From Candidatus Magasanikiibacteriota bacterium (GTDB taxonomy: Bacteria > Patescibacteriota > Patescibacteriia > Magasanikbacterales > GWA2-37-8): a stretch of DNA of 64,000 nt. Under the pieces are notes generated by a model that ran no database searches, was not told the DNA's origin, and saw only the letters and a list, made by a program, of their open reading frames with translations. Made by a program: the position numbers and the translations under genes. This document shows, in pieces, positions 58,423-64,000 of the stretch. How positions within the stretch are numbered: position 1 is the first letter of the stretch; each line of letters opens with the position of its first letter. Where the stretch lies: the NCBI GenBank assembly GCA_026396515.1, contig JAPLWQ010000003.1:291569-355568 (forward strand). Direction: 5' to 3'.

Positions 58423-59734
58423 ATGACGGTCTCAGAATACTACCGTAGCCACCAAAATAATCACCTCTGACTTTTTGGCCATCCTGCAGTTCAAAATGCA
58501 ACACATCCGGAATCGTTTTAATATCTAAAAAATTCCTGCCAAAAATATTAATATTCAAATTCAACCAACCATTATTCAAAAAACACCCTGGAATTTTACA
58601 AATACTTTTATATCTTCCAAGAGGCATCGGCTTCCCATACCAAGATTGTTCCTTATTGTTTATCGAACTTAATATGCAATTACCATTAATATCATACAAA
58701 ATTGCTGTCATACCAAAGTATGCTCCTTCCACTTTTATATCATATTCAATTTCTATATTAAATGGGTCATCTATACTCAAACTTTCTACTATTTTTTCAT
58801 TTTCATCTGTGATTCTCACAGATCGAATAGCGGCATCACTATTACTTGGTGCAATATTTATATTATCCCACTCTTTTTCAAAAACGTTAGTACTCAAATT
58901 ATTTATGTATTTTTCAATAGATACAGAAGCGGAGTCATCACCGACCAGCCTTCCTTTTTCAAGCGTGATGACTCGCCTACATAATGAACGAATGGCCCCC
59001 ATATTATGACTAACAAATAAGATAGTTCGACCCTCTTTTTTGGTAACCTCGTCCATTTTACCGAGACATTTTTTCTGGAATTCAGCATCTCCAACCGCCA
59101 GTACTTCATCAATTACCAAAATTTCCGGCTCCAGGTGCGCGGCGACAGCGAACGCCAAACGAACATACATACCGGATGAGTATCTCTTGACCGGTGTATC
59201 TAAAAATTTTTCAATTCCAGCAAAATCCACTATTTCGTCAAATTTTTTTTCAATTTCTCTTTTTCTCATTCCTAAAATGGCGCCATTTAAATATACGTTC
59301 TCACGTCCGGTCAATTCCGGATGAAAACCAGTACCAATCTCAAGTAGACTCCCTACTCTGCCATTCAACTTAATTTCGCCTGTAGTAGGCGGGGTTATTT
59401 GTGATAAAAGTTTTAGTAGAGTGCTTTTCCCGGCGCCATTGCGGCCAATTATACCGAGTACTTCGCCCGGCTCAACAGAAAAATTAATGTCTTTAAGCGC
59501 CCAAAATTCACTATCAGATACTTTTGTGGGTGAATGGCGCGAGCGTAGCCAACGAACGGGCGCCTTAACAATTGCGGACAAAGTATCTCGCAAAGCCAAA
59601 TAAGGCTGTCGTTCACCAATCTGATATTTCTTCGATACATTTTTTACTTCAATAATGGGCATATTATTAAATGACATCAGCAAAATATCTTTCGACTTTT
59701 TTGAAATATAGGTAACCAACAATACAATATACAA
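58397..59734 (-). CDS. ABC transporter ATP-binding protein Wzt/TagH-type with C-terminal carbohydrate-binding domain
   Basis: Walker A GRNGAGKST, ABC signature and Walker B. About 190 aa of beta-rich C-terminal extension, typical of Wzt proteins that recognise the glycan terminus. The true start is probably the internal MSFNNMPIIEV (near 59677). Confidence 0.85.
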   Translation of the reverse strand: MYIVLLVTYISKKSKDILLMSFNNMPIIEVKNVSKKYQIGERQPYLALRDTLSAIVKAPVRWLRSRHSPTKVSDSEFWALKDINFSVEPGEVLGIIGRNGAGKSTLLKLLSQITPPTTGEIKLNGRVGSLLEIGTGFHPELTGRENVYLNGAILGMRKREIEKKFDEIVDFAGIEKFLDTPVKRYSSGMYVRLAFAVAAHLEPEILVIDEVLAVGDAEFQKKCLGKMDEVTKKEGRTILFVSHNMGAIRSLCRRVITLEKGRLVGDDSASVSIEKYINNLSTNVFEKEWDNINIAPSNSDAAIRSVRITDENEKIVESLSIDDPFNIEIEYDIKVEGAYFGMTAILYDINGNCILSSINNKEQSWYGKPMPLGRYKSICKIPGCFLNNGWLNLNINIFGRNFLDIKTIPDVLHFELQDGQKVRGDYFGGYGSILRPSFDWDTYQI

Positions 59735-60485
59735 TCATTGAAATCGCCGAGACACCCAGAAGCAGCCAGTCTATATCGCGCGTTCCCAATACTCCAGCGC
59801 GTACTGCGTCAATAATTCCCGACATTGGGTTGAGCCCAAGTATCCATCTGTACTGAGCCGATACGATGCTAACGGGATAAATAACCGGAGTTATAAAAAG
59901 AAGCAATTGAATAAAAAAAGGCAGGATAAATCGCACGTCGCGATATTTTACGTTTAGAGAAGCAAGCAGCAACCCGATACCAAGGGTTGAAAAAACTGTC
60001 ATAACTATTAGTAGTGGCAACAATAGCAGCCCAATTAACGAGGGGCTAAAATGATAAACGAACATCATCACCGCTAAAATTATAGAGGCTACTAAAAAAT
60101 CAATAATATTTGTGATGATTGCAGAAGTAGGAAGAATAACACGCGGAAAATATATTTTCGTTACTATTTTTTCATTATCAATGAATGAATTGCTGGCGTG
60201 CGAAAGTCCAGCGGAGAATAATGTCCAAAAAAGAAGACCGGAATAAACAAATATGGGATAAGGAATCCCATCAGACGGCATTTTGGCAAATTTGCCGAAA
60301 AAAATCGTAAAAACAATCATCGTGATCAGTGGCTGAAAAATGGCCCACAACGCACCTACTGTGGTCTGTTTATATCTGACCTTAACATCGCGCCAGGTTA
60401 AAAAATAGAATAGGTCTCGAAATAACCAAATTTCTTTCCAATCAAACTGCCACCACTTATTTTTTGGTTTGATGACTATTTCCAT
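59667..60485 (-). CDS. ABC-2 type polysaccharide export permease (Wzm/TagG-like)
   Basis: 6 TM helices and the ABC-2 family pattern. Immediately upstream of wzt. Confidence 0.85.
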   Translation of the reverse strand: MEIVIKPKNKWWQFDWKEIWLFRDLFYFLTWRDVKVRYKQTTVGALWAIFQPLITMIVFTIFFGKFAKMPSDGIPYPIFVYSGLLFWTLFSAGLSHASNSFIDNEKIVTKIYFPRVILPTSAIITNIIDFLVASIILAVMMFVYHFSPSLIGLLLLPLLIVMTVFSTLGIGLLLASLNVKYRDVRFILPFFIQLLLFITPVIYPVSIVSAQYRWILGLNPMSGIIDAVRAGVLGTRDIDWLLLGVSAISMIVYCIVGYLYFKKVERYFADVI

Positions 60486-60491
60486 AAAAAA

Positions 60492-60737
60492 TTACCAATT
60501 TTTAGTTGCTTCAACTGTTTTCCGTTTTATCTTCTGGTACAGGTTCGTCGCCTTTGTATCTACCACCGGAGAAAGCATTTTTAACAATTCGTGACCAAAA
60601 ATACGGTATTGTTTGCCGATCTTATTCGCCTTAAGCAGGCCCCTCTTTAGCAAGCGCTTCATCGTACTATTGCTGACCTTTAGAAGCTTTTCAGCCTCCG
60701 CGGTCGTATAAACCTCATTTGGATTGATTTCCGGCAT
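60492..60737 (-). CDS. excisionase-family helix-turn-helix DNA-binding protein
   Basis: TAEAEKLLKVSNSTMKRLLKRGLLKANKIGKQYRIFGHEL resembles the Xis/MerR-superfamily HTH_17 signature. 81 aa. First gene of the wzm-wzt operon. Confidence 0.7.
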   Translation of the reverse strand: MPEINPNEVYTTAEAEKLLKVSNSTMKRLLKRGLLKANKIGKQYRIFGHELLKMLSPVVDTKATNLYQKIKRKTVEATKNW

Positions 60738-60748
60738 ATAAGTGATTT

Positions 60749-60788
60749 CTACCTCACCCTAACCCTCTCCTTGGAAAGGAGAAGGAAA
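60749..60788. repeat. GC-rich dyad repeat, half-unit (copy A: TACCTCACCC-TAACCCTCTCCTT-ggaa-AGGAGAAGG)
   Basis: Matches the first hairpin module of the ~80-nt composite repeats at 60917-60998 and 61961-62160. Confidence 0.7.
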
Positions 60789-60834
60789 TGCTGCATTTTA
60801 GGCTGATTTTAGACAAAATTTATATAACACTTGT

Positions 60835-60864
60835 ATTATACCAGTAGGTGTCAGTAAGTGTCAA
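60835..60864 (-). promoter_or_regulatory. consensus sigma70 promoter (TTGACA, 18 nt, TATAAT on the minus strand) embedded in three direct GTGTCA (TGACAC) repeats, driving the HTH-wzm-wzt operon
   Basis: Minus-strand reading tgacaccctTTGACActtactgacacctactggTATAATacaagtg. Confidence 0.6.
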
Positions 60865-60916
60865 AGGGTGTCATTTAGAGTTATCCACAGGGTTATGTAT
60901 CAAAGATACGCCAATT

Positions 60917-60998
60917 TTACCTCACCCTAACCCTCTCCTTATAAAGGAGAGGGAAACGACTCCCCCTCAACCCCCCCCTCTTATCTAAGAGGGGGAAA
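60917..60998. repeat. GC-rich composite dyad repeat, full unit (copy B): hairpin 1 CCCTCTCCTT/AAGGAGAGGG plus hairpin 2 CCCCTCTT/AAGAGGGGG. Contains a C8 run.
   Basis: Direct reading. Shares the TTACCTCACCC 5' end with copies C and D. Confidence 0.75.
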
Positions 60999-61006
60999 CA
61001 TAAAGT

Positions 61007-61957
61007 CTATAAAGAGTGAGAGTACCACTCGTAAGCCAATCGGAGCCCGGTTTGAAGATCAATTTTGCTATTCCAGCCCATATTCCTAATACGCGACACA
61101 TCAAGAAGTTTTTGCGGGGTGCCGTCCGGTTTTGAAGTATCCCAGACGACGTCACCTTTAAAACCCGAAATATCAACTAATAACCCAACTAATTCCTTTA
61201 TTGAAACATCCGTTCCGGTGCCGAGGTTAACAAATATCTCTCCCCTATCGTTTTGTTCCTTGGTAGGATTAAAATTATTCATTAAAAAAACACAGCCGTC
61301 AGCCATATCATCAACAAAAAGGAACTCGCGACGAGCTGCGCCCGTGCCCCATACTTCAACGGTTGGCACACCGGATGTTTTCGCTTCGTAAAACTTTCTA
61401 ATTAGCGCCGGAATAACATGTGAATTTTGCTTGTCAAAATTGTCATTCGGACCGTACAAATTTGTGGGCATCACAGCGATAAAATTTGTGTCATACTGCC
61501 GGTTATAACTCTGGCACATCTTTATGCCGGCGATTTTGGCAATAGCGTACGGTTCATTGGTTGATTCCAACGATCCAGTAAGCAGATACTCTTCCTTTAT
61601 TGGCTGAGCGCAATCGCGCGGATAAATGCATGAAGAGCCGAGAAATAAAAGTTTCTTCACACCGCTTACATACGCTTGATGGATAATATTATTTTGTATC
61701 TGCAAATTTTCGTAAATGAACTGCGCCGGATAGGTGTTGTTGGCAAGAATTCCTCCAACTTTGGCGGCGGCCAAAAAAATGTACTCCGGTTTTTCAGATG
61801 CAAAAAAATCAGCTACAGCGCGCTGATTGGTTAGATCCAACTCCTCAAAAGTACGATAAACTAAATTTGAATAGCCGTCAGATTGCAATTTGCGAACTAA
61901 GACTGAGCCGACAAGACCGGTGTGGCCGGCGATGTAGATTTTAGATGTTTTTTCCAT
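61007..61957 (-). CDS. fcl: GDP-L-fucose synthase (GDP-4-keto-6-deoxy-D-mannose 3,5-epimerase/4-reductase)
   Basis: KIYIAGHTGLVGSVL Rossmann motif and Fcl/WcaG-like sequence throughout. Adjacent to gmd. Confidence 0.9.
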   Translation of the reverse strand: MEKTSKIYIAGHTGLVGSVLVRKLQSDGYSNLVYRTFEELDLTNQRAVADFFASEKPEYIFLAAAKVGGILANNTYPAQFIYENLQIQNNIIHQAYVSGVKKLLFLGSSCIYPRDCAQPIKEEYLLTGSLESTNEPYAIAKIAGIKMCQSYNRQYDTNFIAVMPTNLYGPNDNFDKQNSHVIPALIRKFYEAKTSGVPTVEVWGTGAARREFLFVDDMADGCVFLMNNFNPTKEQNDRGEIFVNLGTGTDVSIKELVGLLVDISGFKGDVVWDTSKPDGTPQKLLDVSRIRNMGWNSKIDLQTGLRLAYEWYSHSL

Positions 61958-61960
61958 AAA

Positions 61961-62160
61961 TGATTACCTCACCCCAGCCCTCTCCTTGAAAAGGAGAGGA
62001 AAATGACTCCCCCTTAGTCCCCCGCTTCATAAGAGGGGGAAATTACCTCACCCTATCTCTCTCCTGTAAAAGGAGAGAGAAATTCGACTCCCCCTTTGTC
62101 CCCCTCTTCATAAGAGGGGGTATATGCCTACTCTGACCCCCTCTTGTTAAGAGGGGGGAA
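61961..62160. repeat. tandem array of GC-rich composite dyad repeats (copies C and D of ~80 nt each plus a terminal half-copy E) filling the gmd-fcl intergenic region
   Basis: Units begin TTACCTCACCC and carry the two hairpins described for copy B. Coordinates +/-1. Confidence 0.75.
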
Positions 62161-63114
62161 TTACCTCACTTTCGCTTTAGAGGCGTCGCCCAAAAGAAAT
62201 TCCACTTCTGCCGGACGATAATATTCCGGATCAATCTCGATAATAACATGGCCCGTCTTCTTATCAATCCCTTGCTCCTTATCCCCACTCCCCTGCCATT
62301 CCAACTCAAAGCCAAAATATTTTGCCGCTTCTTCGGCAAACTCGCGTACGCTGTGCGTTTCGCCGGTAGCGATAACAAAATCATCCGGCTTGTCCTGCTG
62401 GAGCATCAACCACATTGCTTCTACATAATCCTTGGCATAACCCCAGTCGCGTTTGGCATCCAAATTTCCCAGATACAACTTCTCCTGTTTACTAGCTTTG
62501 ATTTGCGCAAACGCATGAGTTATTTTTTTGGTTACAAATGTTCCGCCGCGTCGAGGCGATTCATGATTGAACAAAATGCCGTTGCAGATGAACATGCCGT
62601 ATGACTCACGATAATTCACGGCGATATAATGCGCGTAAACCTTGGCACAGCCGTACGGACTGCGCGGATAAAAAGGAGTGGTTTCTTTCTGCGGTGATTC
62701 CTGAACTTTACCGAACATTTCCGATGAGCCGGCCTGATAAAACTTGGTTTTTAAGCCAGTGTCCCTGATGGCGTCAAGTAAACGCAGTGTTCCCAGCCCA
62801 TCCGCGTTTCCGGTGTATTCTGGCAGTTCAAAACTCACCTTAACATGGCTTTGCGCTCCCAGATTATATATTTCATCCGGTTGAACTTTTTCCAAAATTC
62901 GGTTCAAATTACTGGAATCAGTCAAGTCGCCGTAATGCAAAAACAGCCGGACGTCTTTGTTGTGCGGGTCTCTATACAATTGGTCAATTCTTTCGGTATT
63001 AAAACTGCTGGAGCGGCGAATAATGCCGTGCACTTCATATCCCTTTTCTAAAAGCAACTCTGCAAGATATGAGCCGTCCTGACCGGTTATACCGGTAATG
63101 AGAGCTTTTTTCAT
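62161..63114 (-). CDS. gmd: GDP-mannose 4,6-dehydratase
   Basis: [35 protein letters not shown] is the canonical Gmd N-terminus. Start set at the internal ATG (MKKALITG); the longer track ORF adds a non-conserved basic leader. Confidence 0.9.
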   Translation of the reverse strand: MKKALITGITGQDGSYLAELLLEKGYEVHGIIRRSSSFNTERIDQLYRDPHNKDVRLFLHYGDLTDSSNLNRILEKVQPDEIYNLGAQSHVKVSFELPEYTGNADGLGTLRLLDAIRDTGLKTKFYQAGSSEMFGKVQESPQKETTPFYPRSPYGCAKVYAHYIAVNYRESYGMFICNGILFNHESPRRGGTFVTKKITHAFAQIKASKQEKLYLGNLDAKRDWGYAKDYVEAMWLMLQQDKPDDFVIATGETHSVREFAEEAAKYFGFELEWQGSGDKEQGIDKKTGHVIIEIDPEYYRPAEVEFLLGDASKAKVR

Positions 63115-63115
63115 A

Positions 63116-63994
63116 CTATTTTTTTGTTGCCGTAGGCGTTGTTGTAGCCGGCGGAAATACTTGTGCCAGTGCGGCATTATCTTGGTCGTTGAATATTACG
63201 CCATTTTTTTCAGCCAGAGCCATTACTTCATTCGCCTTATCCATCTTGCCGGATAATTTGTACAAATATGCCAAGCGCCAATAGCTTTCACCGATGCTTG
63301 AATTATCAGAAATTGCTTGTTCAAGTAATTTGACCCCCAGATCCGTCTGGCCCATTTGGTATTTAAGCATGGCGAGCGAATACATCACCTGCTGGCGTCT
63401 CGGCGAATAGACAAGAGCTTTTTCCAAATACATATTTGCTTCGGAAAGATACTGCCCGCTATTATCTAAATATGCTTTTAGCTGAGCAATCTGCGCTAAA
63501 CTAATAAAATTTCTGATATCCAGCGGGTGAAGAACAGTATTTTTCAACAACTCCGCATAACAAATATCATTAATTTGTTTTGCCAGGTCACTATTGATAT
63601 TTTGCCCTGCAGAAAACAATAGCTGAGAGGCAGTACGGCTAAGGTCGCTCCGTATATCATCAATATGCGGTGAAACAAAGGAGACCGCATCTTTCATTTT
63701 TTCCAGACCCAGCACGGGGTCGGTTGATAAGCCCTTAATAGCGTCCAAAGTTTTCATATTAGCGCGGGCCGGCTGAATATTGCAGACAAAGATTACGATA
63801 AATGTGATCAAGGCCATTGTTGAGATGATGCCTGGCCCGATTTGGCGGTCCGGAGTACCAGGGCTTTCAGCCAGATTGCTTCGTCGCTCTGATCCTCGCA
63901 ATGACAAGTTTGATGCTTCAGTACGCGTGGCGAGAGAATTAATCATTGCCAGCCAAAACATAAAATACAAATATGACGTAATATTCTCAAACAC
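63116..63994 (-). CDS. TPR-repeat membrane-anchored protein (C-terminal part; continues past the window end)
   Basis: One TM helix ([13 protein letters not shown]) followed by TPR-like helical repeats ([14 protein letters not shown]..., [36 protein letters not shown]). Confidence 0.6.
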   Translation of the reverse strand: MFENITSYLYFMFWLAMINSLATRTEASNLSLRGSERRSNLAESPGTPDRQIGPGIISTMALITFIVIFVCNIQPARANMKTLDAIKGLSTDPVLGLEKMKDAVSFVSPHIDDIRSDLSRTASQLLFSAGQNINSDLAKQINDICYAELLKNTVLHPLDIRNFISLAQIAQLKAYLDNSGQYLSEANMYLEKALVYSPRRQQVMYSLAMLKYQMGQTDLGVKLLEQAISDNSSIGESYWRLAYLYKLSGKMDKANEVMALAEKNGVIFNDQDNAALAQVFPPATTTPTATKK

Positions 63995-64000
63995 GGTAAT

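Noticed and set aside
60985-61176. 63-aa ORF spanning repeat copy B and the fcl 3' end
   Set aside because: It is antisense to fcl and runs through a repeat element, so it is most likely spurious.
61961-62160. Tandem GC-rich repeats considered as a CRISPR array
   Set aside because: Units are directly contiguous with no unique spacers, each unit is an internal double hairpin, copies are only 2.5 in tandem, and no cas genes are nearby. They behave like REP/MITE-type or terminator-derived repeats.
63115-63177. Longer 338-aa reading frame for gmd ([21 protein letters not shown] leader)
   Set aside because: The leader is basic low-complexity sequence that would overlap the upstream TPR gene's 3' end. 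The conserved Gmd N-terminus starts at [11 protein letters not shown] at 63114.
1-64000. Search of all intergenic regions for tRNA, rRNA, tmRNA or CRISPR signatures
   Set aside because: No cloverleaf-compatible sequences (GTTC-type T-loops with matching acceptor stems), no rRNA-like conserved stretches and no spacer-repeat arrays were found. The intergenic regions are short and explained by promoters, terminators or the repeats described.

Overview
The window is an AT-rich, tightly packed bacterial chromosomal segment. The gene content suggests a small-genome, Patescibacteria/CPR-like organism (RpoA without an alpha-CTD, AlaRS without a C-Ala domain, a PriA homolog with eroded ATPase motifs, weak Shine-Dalgarno usage), but this is an inference. 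The first ~39 kb mixes housekeeping genes with envelope genes. Genes in order, housekeeping then envelope: alr, an FtsQ-like gene, a Xer recombinase, an M23 peptidase, gltX, a TagA-like gene, acyP, clpB behind a sigma70 promoter plus CIRCE-like operator, a DacA-like carboxypeptidase, a LigB-family dioxygenase, the PriA-like gene, def-fmt, and a Wzx/Wzy-type glycan module. A conserved ribosomal operon follows on the minus strand (infA-rpmJ-rpsM-rpsK-rpsD-rpoA-rplQ-rplM-rpsI), then alaS, mnmA, dnaB, ybaB, recR, rplU and rpmA. From ~39.5 kb to the end lies a ~24-kb minus-strand glycan locus: nucleotide-sugar enzymes (gmd, fcl, a FnlA/B/C-like UDP-L-FucNAc set, a UDP-sugar dehydrogenase, an epimerase), seven glycosyltransferases including a GT11 fucosyltransferase, five methyltransferases, two AsnB-type amidotransferases, and a Wzm/Wzt ABC exporter whose Wzt carries a C-terminal glycan-cap-binding domain. 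Six things are not explained by standard annotation: (1) a four-gene minus-strand module of a duplicated zinc-ribbon/RGG protein, a soluble VirD4/VirB4/HerA-type ATPase with a long disordered basic tail, a HIT hydrolase and a 691-aa polytopic membrane protein; (2) GC-rich ~80-nt composite dyad repeats in the glycan operon that carry SD and anti-SD mimics; (3) an excisionase-type HTH gene heading the exporter operon behind a consensus promoter with a triple GTGTCA repeat; (4) a long structured infA-rpmJ spacer; (5) a heptanucleotide tandem repeat inside mnmA; (6) the degenerate PriA. No tRNA, rRNA or CRISPR arrays were found. Coordinates of intergenic elements are +/-2 nt (about +/-1 around 61-62.2 kb, where my position count disagrees with the ORF track by one).
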